A DNA stretch of 64,000 nt from Euprymna scolopes (lineage: Eukaryota), in assembly GCA_053919585.1 (NCBI GenBank), contig CM132805.1, one strand, 5' to 3'. Position 1 is the stretch's first letter. Every line of letters starts with the position of its first letter. The position numbers were made by a program, and so were the translations under genes. Below the pieces are notes generated by a model. That model was not told the DNA's origin, ran no database searches, and saw only the letters and a list, made by a program, of their open reading frames with translations. Below are positions 52,252 through 64,000 of the stretch, piece after piece.

Positions 52252-53017
52252 TATCTATTATATGAAATTCAGTTTGTGTGTGCAAGTCCCTTCCTCATAG
52301 GTTGCGAAACGACTGAGCCTATCTTTTGCAAATTTCACACAAAGGTAATCTGTATGTCCGGCAGTGCTCTTAGATATGTTTTGTACAGAAATTCATTTAA
52401 AAAGCATCGAAAATCGAAAACAATCCGATCTTAAAAATTGTCTTTTCTCTCTTATAGATAAAAAGAATAACTTTTAGAGCGGAATATTTTACGTTACACC
52501 GGCCAAGCGAAATAATAGCATCTCAGCAAATCATTTCTTCTAAAAAATGGATCTATTGTCATCTGGAGATATAGCTCAGTGGTAGAGCATTCGCCTACAG
52601 ATCAAATGATCCCCTGGTGTACGTCATCATTTTATTTTAATTTTTTCTTATTGATGATTTCAATTTTCAATAAAAGAAAAGATGCCATTTAAAACCGCCG
52701 CAAATCATTTCTTTGTCTGTTTATTTTAAAACTAAACACTAATCAGAAGTGATTTTTCCAGGGCATTCACCATTAAGCCAAAATATCAGCTGACGTGATA
52801 TTGTAAACAAACCCAGACAGAATTTGATGAATAAGATTATCATTATGACCTTTTATTTATTTATTTTTTGTGAATTACTTCACCGGGCAAATCATTCCTC
52901 GTAATATATAATAATCAATAGAGGATTGATTATATAAAAATACATACGCAATCTGCATCAATTAAAATATCATGTTCAAGCGTATTGTACGACCGGCAAT
53001 GCTGAGAGTCCAGCTAG
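52252..53017 (+). mobile_element. Helitron-like non-autonomous element carrying a tRNA-derived fragment
   Basis: tctattatatgaaattcagtttgtgtgtg start; degenerate hairpin + CTAG|T at 53014-53017. Confidence 0.5.
52565..52618 (+). pseudogene. tRNA-Cys-like pseudogene fragment
   Basis: ggagatatagctcagtggtagagcattcgcctacagatc resembles the tRNA-Cys 5' half; T-arm missing. Confidence 0.65.
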
Positions 53018-54329
53018 TTTATGATAAGCTTATAAAACTGAGAAGAAAGAAAATGGATAAAATGCATTAGTTGGAAAATGGAAGAATGATAGCGAATAGA
53101 ACCGACACTATTTATAAAGTGTTAAATACACCAATGCGGTTCTGTAATTAATTGTTTACCTGCTTTGTTTTACGACATATCAAATCTTTCCGGGTTATTT
53201 AATGCCGAACCCGATAATTTTGGAGGAAAATGTTTTATACTTAAAGTTCTTTGTGGTTACTTTGGTCATGCTGTTTTACGACATAGCAACCCTTTTTATG
53301 TTCAATTATTTTGGCAAAAAGTTTTTATGCTGCAACTTCTTTATATCTTCAAATATTTGTTCATGGAGCTTAGTTTGGTTGTTTTATAGAGGGAAATTGT
53401 TACTTTTTGACTTTGCAGAAGATGATTGAGTTTTACAAAAGGAAAAGCAAAAAACAAAAAAAACAAAAACAAAACAAAAAACAAAACAAAAAACAAAACC
53501 GAAAAAAAAACAATGACATCAACTTTTGGTGCATTTTAAGTCAGGAAGTCAATATCTTCAGATAGCCTCATCTAATAGCATCAATCGTGTTCTTGATAAA
53601 AGATTGAGAAAAAAAAGAAAAGCAAAATTAAAACGGGACAAACAAACACACACACACACACATATATATTTATATAATTTTACAATATGGAAGTTAGTTA
53701 AAGTAATTAACTGTTCATGTTAGAAAATCTTCTGATCTCGTATTTACTAGAGAATGTTGGATTGTGTAAGAAGGCACGAAAATTCGAATTGTGTACGTCT
53801 GTATGTTTGTCACCATTAATATGCATGTGTGAGTAATAGACATGGTGGCATTGTGTATGTATGGGCTTACCTTTGTTTCGTTAATGTGCCAATATGTGAC
53901 AACTTGTGTGTATGCGTGTGATTGAGTAACAAGTTGTTTGAATACGTGAGTCGTTTGTTAGCATATGAGAATGCGTGTGCGTGAGATCAGGGAATACTGT
54001 GGGGGAGTTTGCGTATTCATTTCACTTCTCCTGGGAAAAAAGTCTTGTAAAAAGAAGTGTAAGGTCGTACTGCATTCTGGGCTTCTTTCGATCTTATTTT
54101 GATTGGATCTATCTTCTTGTCCTTTTTGTTTTTTCTTTCATTTCGATTTAGAATTACGCATCGACTCACTAACTATCATTTTAAACGAGCAGATATTGTT
54201 TTCAGTCGTCCAAAATGCTGAGTTTGACAACTAAATATGAAATCCTTACTTTCTTGAACGATGAAAAGGAAAGAGTAGCTAAACGAACGGAGAAAGAAAA
54301 TGGACAATAGAATAAATATGAAAATGTAC

Positions 54330-56484
54330 AAAATATCAGAAAAGGTTTTCAATTTGATTGAAAATGCAATAAGAAGATGGAGACTTCAATTAACTGCTAA
54401 TGATTAACAAATAATTGAGATTAAAATGCAAAGCGATATCTTCCAAGGGAATTCCCTATCACCACTACTGTTCATCACTGCCATCATGCCCCTTAACAAT
54501 ATACTAAGAAAGTGCCAAATCGGATAAAAATTCACTAATAAAGATGAAATAATGAACCACCTAATGTACATGGACGATCGGAAACTTTTTTCAAGGACCA
54601 AAAAGGAACTATAGATGTTAATGAACACAACCAAAATCCTCAGCCAGGATATTCGAATGGAACTTGGTATAGAAAAGTGTGCACTGCTAGTTATGAGAAG
54701 GGATAAACTGTAGGCAACGGAAGGTATGGAACTACCCAACCAAGCGGAGATGAGGACACTAGTTGAACATAGCACCTGCAAATATTTGGGAATTCTGGAA
54801 GCAGATATAATCAAAGCAACAGAAATGAAAGAGAAAATTAGTAAGAAATACTCCAGAAGAAAAAGAAAATTCTAAGAAACTAAACTATATAGTTGAAACT
54901 TAATAAAAGGTATAACACATGGACACTGTCACTAGTAAGATATTCCGGACCGTTTATTGGTTGGTAAGAAGAATTAAAGCATTTTGACCAGAAGATCAGA
55001 AAACTTATGACGATGCACAATACACTACACACAAAGGATGATACCGACCAACTCTATGAGAAAAGGAAAGGCGGAGGAAGAAGACTGGTTAGTATAGAAG
55101 ACAGTGTGAAGCACACACAAAATTAGAAAATTAGATAATGCAGAATATAGAAAGGATAATCATTGCAGCAAGCGACACAGACACATGAACAGGATAGAAA
55201 ACAGAGAGACAGGAGATAAGACGAGAAAAGAAATATGGGAAGAGAAATAGCGACACGGTCGATTTATAAAGATGACAAAAGATGAAACTAACGAACACAT
55301 TTGGATAAGGAAACTTAAGCAGAGAAACTGAACCTCTAATAATAACGACACGATAACGCGATTAAAACTACATAGAAGCAAATATCGACAATACACAAGA
55401 AAACAGCGAATGCAGACTCTGTTGACAAAGAGAAGAAGTGCTAAACCACATAAGCGAATGCAGCAAACTAGTCGCAAAAGAATACAAGAGTAGATACGAT
55501 CAAATGAGGAAGGTAGTGCACTGGAATTATGCAAATAATTGCATCCTAAACACGCAGACAAATGGTACAAGCACAAACCAACAGCAGTGCTTGAAAACGG
55601 AAGTCACAAAATTCTATGGGACGTGGATGTCTCAACAGATAAACACAAACAGACAGCAGTTCTGGAAAATAAATATCACAAGATCTTATGGGATAAGGAT
55701 ATACAACCCATCCAAGCAAGAAGACCGAATATCATAATAGTTAACAAGAAGAGAAAAATCCTGCCAGATTGCCGTTCCAACAGACCACAAAGTGAAGATG
55801 AAGGACACGGAGAAGCGGAGCAAATACACGGAACTGGCCAGAGAGTTTAAAGGGATCTCGAAAATGAAGAATGTTAAGAGAACACCACCAAGTATAGGGG
55901 CGCTAGGGAAGATACCAAAAAAGCTGGGAGATTGGAATCAGAGGAATGACTGAGAAGATACAACGGATAAGAATAATAAAAACTGCAAAAATATAAGGAA
56001 AACACTTGAATTATACACACGAATTACAGACACAAATTGGACACACTGAAACAACTACAGATGTAAAAGGCAAAGGAACATCACATGGAATAAACAGTAT
56101 AACTGGAAGATACACCCCCTCCACTTTTTTGTGTGTGTCACCATAAACTGGCACCAAATAAATGAGGGTCAAAGAGGATGGAAAGATCGAGGAGCGAAAG
56201 TACTAACCAAACCTATGCTGGATGAATGCAAAGAGGACTGAAACCTTGGGGAGGCTTACTGCCACCTAAATTTCAGTGAAGATTAATGGTCGTTGCTAAC
56301 GAAAAATCGATGGTAAGCGGCTGTGCGATAATGCAAATTCTTATGCAACAGTTATCAAAAGGGGTGGAGAGTACTGGAAATCTGGGGAGACTTGCTGTGA
56401 CTCAGACTCCAGAGAACACAGTTGTTCTCAAAGAGAAATCTTTGATGATGGCTTGTGTAACTACTTTTAAACAACAACAATAAT
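54330..56484 (+). mobile_element. Degenerate Dong/R4-type non-LTR retrotransposon, copy 1
   Basis: IFQGNSLSPLLF, NHLMYMDD, HISECSKL..KEYKSRYD, QARRPNIIIVNKK; followed by (AAT)n. Confidence 0.88.
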
Positions 56485-56490
56485 GATATC

Positions 56491-56557
<67 letters not shown>

Positions 56558-58210
56558 TGAAAGAGAGAATTAGAAAGAAATACCTCAGGAGAACAAAAAA
56601 AACTTCTAGAAACTAAATTATATAGCAGAAACCTAATACAATATATAAATAGATGGGCAGTATTTGTAATAAGATACTCAGGACCTAGGATGGACCAAAG
56701 AAGAACTGAGACACCTCAATCAGAACACCAGAAAACTCATGACCATGCACAATGCACTACACCCAAATGACGATGTTGACCGACTCTACGTGAAAAGAAA
56801 AGAAGGCAGAAGAGGACTAGTTTGTATAGAAGACTGTGTGCGTGACAAAAAAAAAAAAAAAAGAATTTGAAAAATACACAATGCAGAACACGGAAAGAAT
56901 AATCATGGCAGCGACAAACACTGAAAAATAGACACAACAGAAAACAGAGATAAAGGATAAGACGAGAAAAGAAAAATGGGAAGAATAACAACTACATGGA
57001 AAATTCCTAAGGATGAAAAAGAGAATAACAAAAATACTTGGACATGGATGCAAAAAGGACACATATGCCGAGAAACTGAATCCCTAATAACCACAGCACA
57101 AGATAACTCGATAAAAACAAACCATATCAAAGCAAAGATCGATAAAACACAAGAAACGAAACGATAAACCATATAGTAAGTGAATGCAGCAAACTGGCTC
57201 AAAAGGAATACAAGAACAGACACGACCAAGAGGGAAGGGCAGTACACTGGGAATTATACGAACAACTGCATCTCTAACGCACAAACATGTGGTACAAACA
57301 TAAGCTGGCAACAGCACTTGAAAATGAGAATTACAAATTCCTTAGCGACATGGACATACAAACTGATAAACCCATCCAAGCAAGAAGACCGGGTGTCGTA
57401 ATAATTAACAAGAAAAAAAAACCCTGTCAAATCATAGACTTTGCTGTTCCATCTGACCATAGAGTGAATATCAAATAAAAGGAGAAACGGAGCAAATACA
57501 CAGCACTAGCCAGAGAGCTGAAAGGGATCTGGAAGATGAAGAAAATCAAAATGATACCTATAATAGTAGGAGCACTAGGAACCATCCCGAAAAACGCTGA
57601 AAAAAGAATAAGAGAAATCGAAATCAGAGGAACGACTGGGAAAATACAACAAACAACAATAATGAAAACAGCTGAAATATTAAGGAAAACCCTTGAATGT
57701 GGAGACTAACACATACGAACCACAAGCACAGACCAGACAAACTGTTGCAGAGACAAAACATGTAGCGCTACATGGAACCAAGAACATTGAAGCTGCATAC
57801 ATATAAGTTCTCTAACCCCCCCCCATCCCCCCATTACCATATTACTGGCCCCGCCCTCCAAAAAAAAAAGAGTGAGACCGAATAGCTAAGTAGTCAAGGA
57901 GGAAGAGAAGACCGAAGAGTGAGCACTGACCAGACCTTCACTGTAAAAGTGCGGAGAGAACTGAGACGTTGAGGAGGCTTATTGCCACTCAAATTCCAGT
58001 AAAGATCAATGGCCGCTGCCAACGAGAAATCAATGGCAAGCAGCTGTTGCAATAATGCAAATTTATTTGCAAATGTTATCGAAAGAGGTGGAAAGTACTG
58101 GAAAATCTGGGGAGACTTGTTGTCAATCAGCTTCCAGGGAACACCACAAACTGTATTCAATGAGATCTTTGATGACCTGTGTGAAAGCTCCTTGTGAGCC
58201 AATAATAATA
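56558..58210 (+). mobile_element. Degenerate Dong/R4-type non-LTR retrotransposon, copy 2 (5'-truncated)
   Basis: RETESLITTAQDNSIKTNHIKAKID, ARRPGVVIINKKKK..QIIDFAVPSDHRV; starts in (AAT)n, ends aataataataa. Confidence 0.88.
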
Positions 58211-59339
58211 ACGGAGTCAAAAAGCAATAAAAACTCATTTTAGGCAAAAACGACAGAAAAATACCCAGGTGATAATTTACTAAGGCTTTGATAATGCAAA
58301 AATGGCAAATGTGATTGACTAATTTAATAATTGTTGTGTGAAGGTAAATTGTATAAATATACTATTAATTTGACTACAAATTTGGACGTTCTTTTTACTG
58401 AATATTAACAAAGAATAAAACAAGGCGCTTAAAGGATCACTAGAATGGTTAAAAACAGAGACTACATAAAAGTGTTCATTTGTTAATCTAAGGCAAAAAT
58501 AGTCAACAAATAATACGTATAACGGCACGTAAACGTTACAAAAACCAAACATATACCCAATTGATAATTTACTTACTTTGAGATAAAGTTGACGTAGCAG
58601 ATGCGCATAAGAGCAATACAACAGGCCATACTATCTTCATCTTCGTTAGTTAAAGGTGACTTTTGAACTGATTCATCTGCAGTTGGTCTTCGTTTAAATA
58701 CCTTACGTTGACCACTGTACATTTCGTCTTTATTCCCCGCTTCGATTTTTTTTAGAGATAGACTAGACTGACTTGTGCGTTGTTAGAATAATTAATTTTG
58801 GATGCTTTTTGAAATTGAAAGTTCCTCAAAGTTCAAACTCGAATGTTGCTTGCATAATTTAGTGGATTGTTTACAATTTCGTATTCTTAAAACTCATCTT
58901 GTTCCACATGATTTTGTGTATATCGTTTTAATTATTATTAAGCTTTCACTCAATTCAAATGACAGACATTTTTCTAAGTATTTGTAAGAAAGGTCAAGCA
59001 TTTTAATTCAAACATTTGACATTTTTAAAGCAGGACAGATGTTAAATTAAAGTAAAAAAAAAAAAATGAAGGCAGGTAAGAAACGCGTATCTGTAAACAT
59101 GCTGTCCTTTATTAGTTCTGTAAATAAACCCGCATTGCCCAGGAGAAACTATTTGCATGTATGGGGCAATTTAATTTAGTTGTCAGTGAATTTGTTCCCG
59201 AAAATTTAAACATTAAACCTTCGAGTGTCTGTTTTCTTAGTAAGAATAAATAAAATCTTTGAATGTTTAAGAATTAATCTGAAAATTTGGCGACATGTCA
59301 ATATCAATTCATTAAAAAGAGAAAAAAAAAGAATGTTTA

Positions 59340-60128
59340 GCTTACATCTGGTTTCCTTCAATAATTGCAAGAAACCTTCTCTGCACCAACAGCAATGGCC
59401 AGTGACTCCCTTTCTGAGAGTACATCTTTCAAACCGTTTGGCCTAACGTTCACAGAAAACATGAGTTGGAACAATTATATTGAAAACATTGCCAGGGCCA
59501 CTGCGAAAAAGGTAGGCTGTCTCTACCATGCTAGAAACTACTGACACCTGAAAGTATCCTGTACCTCTATAAGGCCACCATTCGCCCATGTATGGAGTAT
59601 TGTTGTCACATTTGGGCTGGTGCATCTGCTGCTAGTCTCTCGCTCCTAGACAAGGTTCAAAAGAGAGTCGCAAATCTGATAGGCCCTGAACTGGCATCTA
59701 AGCTTCAGCCTCTGTCCCATCGACGAAATGTTGCATCCCTCTGCCTGTTCTACAAGTATTTTAATGGTGAATGCTCTGACGAACTGCAGACACTTGTGCC
59801 CCCACGACATAGACACCCTCGACAAACCCGACAGGCAGCTAAATCCCACCCCCACACAGTAGAGATCCCTAGATGTAAAAGATCTTTCTACTCCAGTAGT
59901 TTCTTCCCCAGAACCGCTAGACTCTGGAATTCCATTCCAGGTCCCTGCTTCCCTAACTGTACTGACATGCAGAAGTTCAAGTGTAACGTGAACCGATATG
60001 TTGCTGCTCAAATCCCAACATAGTGCCCCAGTAGTTGCTGCCTCTGATAGTAGCCCCTACACCAAAGTGCCAATGTGCCTTGTTTGGAGTGAAAATGTAA
60101 TAAAAAAAAAAAAAATTAAAAAAAAAAA
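59340..60128 (+). mobile_element. CR1-group LINE 3' fragment with poly(A)
   Basis: MEYCCHIWAGASAASLSLLDKVQKRV...FFPRTARLWNSIP; taataaaaaa tail. Confidence 0.9.
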
Positions 60129-60129
60129 T

Positions 60130-61250
60130 CGATTTTAGAATGGTTAAACATTAAACTCAGTGTTCAGAAGTATCTGTATTTTGGACATTCAGTTGTTTAC
60201 ACAATTGCTAATGGACTACCATCACAACCAAATTATATCTATTTTATATTCATTGCTGCATTCACTTATTATGTGGTTGGCTACTTAGTCTTCTGATTCA
60301 CAGGGTCTACATTTGCTGTTTTGCTGGGAATTTTTATCTTGGCTTATATTTAGTGTGTTTTGATTGCATTAGTTTGTGCATTTTGTTTTTCTTTTAATTG
60401 TCTTTCCCGACACCACGTCTATATTTTTATGTACGTAATTTCTTTGGTTCGTCTTCTAAGTTGCTTCACTTCCAAGTTTTCTTTCATGTTTTTCCCGTTT
60501 CACTGCTCTCCGTATTGTTTACTTTTGCGTTGATTTTGGTCGCTCTCATCAGTCTCTCCATATTTTGTATTATGTATTCCTTTATTCTTTTTTATTGCAT
60601 CGTCTACACAATTTTCAATACTTATCAGTTATCGTTGCTTCCTGTCCTTTGTACATAACGTCGGCCAGCATCGTTGTTTGGGTAAAAGGTTTTGTGCACA
60701 GGCGTTAGTTTTCTGGCTCTTCTATACAATTTATGGAGGGTCTATGATATATTAACTGTGATCAGTTGGGACGACAAAATCTCTTATATGGCAGGCTTTG
60801 ACTTGTTTTCTTGTACACGTCCATTCTTGTTATCTTACTTGGATGAGTGTCTGTTTGTATCTCAATGTCTCATGAAAGTTTAACGTTTTTTGTTTTGCTT
60901 TCTTTGTTACCGTTTGTCTGTATTTTTAATGTACAATCCTTGGAATACTTTGTCAGTGGACGATTTTCTTAATTAACTTATGCCGTATTGATATTTTTGG
61001 TGGCTGCCTTGATGTATTCACTTAAGGTGTTGTTTAGCATTAATTTTTTTTATTCACAGAGTCTACATTTGCTGATTTAGACATTCTTCTTAATTTTGAT
61101 TTGTATTTAATTTATTCTCATGGCGTTGTTTGTTGCATATATGAATAGGGACCCCGTTTCTTTTGGAAAGCTCTTTGCAGAAGCCATGTATATGTTTTAT
61201 TTGCTCCACTTTATAAGTATCTTTGCTTCTCATTTTATTAACGCTTGTTT
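60130..61250 (-). mobile_element. Highly decayed Dong/R4-like fragments
   Basis: Reverse-complement similarity to 54800-55450 and 56560-57170. Confidence 0.5.
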
Positions 61251-62299
61251 CTGAGTAATAAATTGCGAACAGACGGGCTTACCTGACAAACGCTCGAGGT
61301 GTGCACTCTGCAAAGCGGGCACGTCCAAAGAAAAATGGCAAGATGGCGGCGGCCGGTTAATATTGCCAAGTAATCACGCAAAATCTCGTGTTCTCTCGCA
61401 CACACGAGAGTTCAGCTTAGCATAAAAACGGGTCACTGTGAGCAAGAGGGGAGAAGGAAAAACGTAGTCAAGACAAAGACGACGCTTCTGACGACTGAGA
61501 AGAAAAAAGAAGAAAAAGAGCAAGAAGTAGAAGAGGAAGAAGAGAACGATACAGGAGAAGACGAGGTGTGTGCGGTTTTGAGTAAATCGAAACAGACAGA
61601 AAAAAAAACTCTGATTACAGTTTCTTTTCCGTTTTTACTGACTTTCATATTGTTCAACCCGGCGTTGCTTTTGGTAGCGCTTATCAGTCTCTCTATATTT
61701 TGTGTTACTAATATGTTTTTCCGATTTTTTTCCTTTTTACATAGAGTCGAACAATGTCGTCCTTTGGAGTTAGCATATATTGGATAACCATTATTTTCAT
61801 GGTTCTTCCTTCACAGTTCTTTTATCGGATCGACAAGTATGTGTTGGCATTAAACTTTAAGAAAACCATGTTATAGTATGTAGAAATAAGCCCGCAGTAA
61901 TGTCTTTTACGGGTAGTAGGTTCTTGGAAAAATCTTTTCATGGAATCTACGTCTGGTTTATGGTACACGAGTTTTTTGGGTTTTTTTTTTTTTTTTTACA
62001 GGAGCAGTAGAGAGCTGAGTTCTCACTGTGAATCTTTTAGAGAGGGGAATGAGAGATTGGAGCTCACTCGAGTATCTACCATATAAGTAGTATGAGTAGA
62101 AACGACTCTTTTGTAGGAAATGGACTGCATGAAAGAGAAGAGACCAGCATCTACCTCAGAAGATTGTGAATATGATTTTGTATACTGTCAAGGCAAGGAA
62201 GAGTGATCAGATGTTACAGTAATACTTCATCTTAGGATGTCTTTAAGTTTTATACGGTTAGAAAAAAGCATCAAGGGTCAGGTATCTTTTTTTTTACAG

Positions 62300-63540
62300 A
62301 TTTCATCTTAAACAGGCGTATTGCCATTTGGACATGGAGGGCTACTGATTTGAATCATGTCTGCAACGGACTATGTGTTGAGTTCAGAAACGAGATGTTT
62401 GTGCACATTACATTTAAACTTCTGCATGCTAGTACAGTCGGCTAAGCAAAAGACAGGAAGGAGATTTCAAAGTCTAGTATTCCAAGAGAATAGAAGACTT
62501 TTCCGCATGAAAAGGGGTGAGATTTTACTGCTTGTCGAGTTAGTTGATAGTATGTACGTCGAGGAGACACAAGTGCTATGGGTTTATTTTACCACGTCGC
62601 ATTAAAGTACCTGTAAAACAAGCACAGGTATGTAAAATTATAGCAGTGGAACAGAGGTTGGCGCATTGAATACTCTTTTTTGGATTCTGTCTAAAAGGAA
62701 GAGAGTAGTGGTTGATGCACCAGCCCAGATGTGGAAATAATACTCCATGCATGACCGAATGGTGGATTCATGAAGATACTCTTAGGTGGGAGTAATTTTC
62801 TGGCATGGTAGTGAGGAGCCTGCCTTCTTTGCAATAGCATGGCAATGCCCTCAATATATTTTTTCTGATTCATGTTGTCTGTGAATTTTAAGGTGAGGAC
62901 TTTAAATGATAAGCTCTCATGTCGAGTCTTATTAGCAATGGTTATCAGTGCTTGAGAAGGTTTCTTGTAATTATTAAATACAAGCAACATTGAATGTAAT
63001 CGATCTCGTTTTTGAAAGGTAAAATAAACCAACAGTTTTATAGCAATCTTAGCAACAGATTTCATAGAGGTATTAATTATGAGGTCCAGAGTCGAAGCCA
63101 GTTATAAAATCTTATCAAAGGAAAATAACTTTTTAAGAAGAGAGATGTTCATTTCGACTGAGTAAAAAAGTTGCTTTTGTGATGAAATAAGAGAAGCTTT
63201 GTTTTAGAAATTTTAAAGGCAACAAGTCCATTTTTCCTTATTTTATTACATGCTCCATGTCGAAAAATAAACAAAACAGAATCAGCAAGATCTTGATGAC
63301 CAGTGCTCTTAGAAGTGCAACCATAGACTGATGTGTGCTCTGTAGAGTAATCGACGAATGATCTCAGAATATGATTTGAAAGATCATTGATAAAGATCAG
63401 GAAGAGTGTTAGAACCAGCATATGCTGACAAATGTATGTGCGTCAACAAATATATCATATGGAACTATCACGCATGAAGGATTTGATGGTTGAGAGAAAA
63501 TCTCCAGATATTCCATAGCTAGCATGCATGTAAAGCAAAC
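62300..63540 (-). mobile_element. Highly decayed CR1-group LINE
   Basis: LTLFLIFINDLSNHILRSFVD; atggagtattatttccacatctgggctggtgca (MEYxxHIWAGA-like). Confidence 0.75.
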
Positions 63541-64000
63541 ATCTGTTCTAAAGTTTATTAATATCATGTAATATAACAGGAGCTATCAATATAAAAAACA
63601 AAAATGTACATATTACGTGACATGATACAATCCACCCTGGTGCTACCACATTAAGCTGCCTGAAGATATTGGCTTCCTGACCTAAAATAAACCAAACATT
63701 GATGTTATTTGTTTTTTCTTTCCCTTTGTAAAACTTAATTATCTTCTAAAAAGCCATAAACTAAAACACAAATTTCACCTACAAATAATCAAATCAAATA
63801 TCATGAATAAATATTTGAAGATATAAAGAACTTGAAGCATGCAGATTATTACTAAAGAAATGATTAGATTCTGCATTAAATCACTCCAAAAGGGTTGCTA
63901 TACCTTAAAATAAAACAACCAAACCAAATGAATACAGTCAGCTCGTCAGCTGTTGATCTTGTAGGACGAAATCGATATTGCTTGTATCTAAGTAGATTAC

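Noticed and set aside
61270-61620. GC-richer patch with YY1-like aagatggcggc as a possible promoter of the EGF gene
   Set aside because: Embedded among decayed LINE fragments; no linked first exon or signal peptide identified

Overview
AT-rich metazoan genomic DNA with many (TA)n/(TG)n/(TAA)n microsatellites and four assembly gaps. The repeat content resembles, from memory, a coleoid cephalopod such as octopus; this is unverified. Most of the window (at least 3.3-51.9 kb) is the interior of one minus-strand gene. I find eight intact 108-nt, phase 1-1, GT-AG exons, each encoding one compact, Arg/aromatic-rich EGF-like domain (C-x4-C-x5-C-x8-C-x-C-x8-C). Three of them are absent from the ORF track. 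There is also one dead exon (14-nt deletion plus a SINE with a 13-bp TSD) and one exon remnant, and homologous intron flanks point to exon-by-exon tandem duplication. No start or stop exon is visible. The introns are full of transposons: Tc1/mariner (an IR/DR Tc1 with a solo LTR beside its catalytic Glu, a DD37E copy), non-autonomous Helitrons, hAT/MULE relics, CR1-group and Dong/R4-type LINEs, and a gag+env Gypsy-like relic without pol. They also hold small structured-RNA elements: several type I hammerhead ribozymes (some in fold-back palindromes, one directly behind a tRNA-like Pol III promoter), a 5S rRNA-headed SINE, and a tandem U2 snRNA-headed element. The long ORFs at 0.4-2.6 kb are satellite artefacts.
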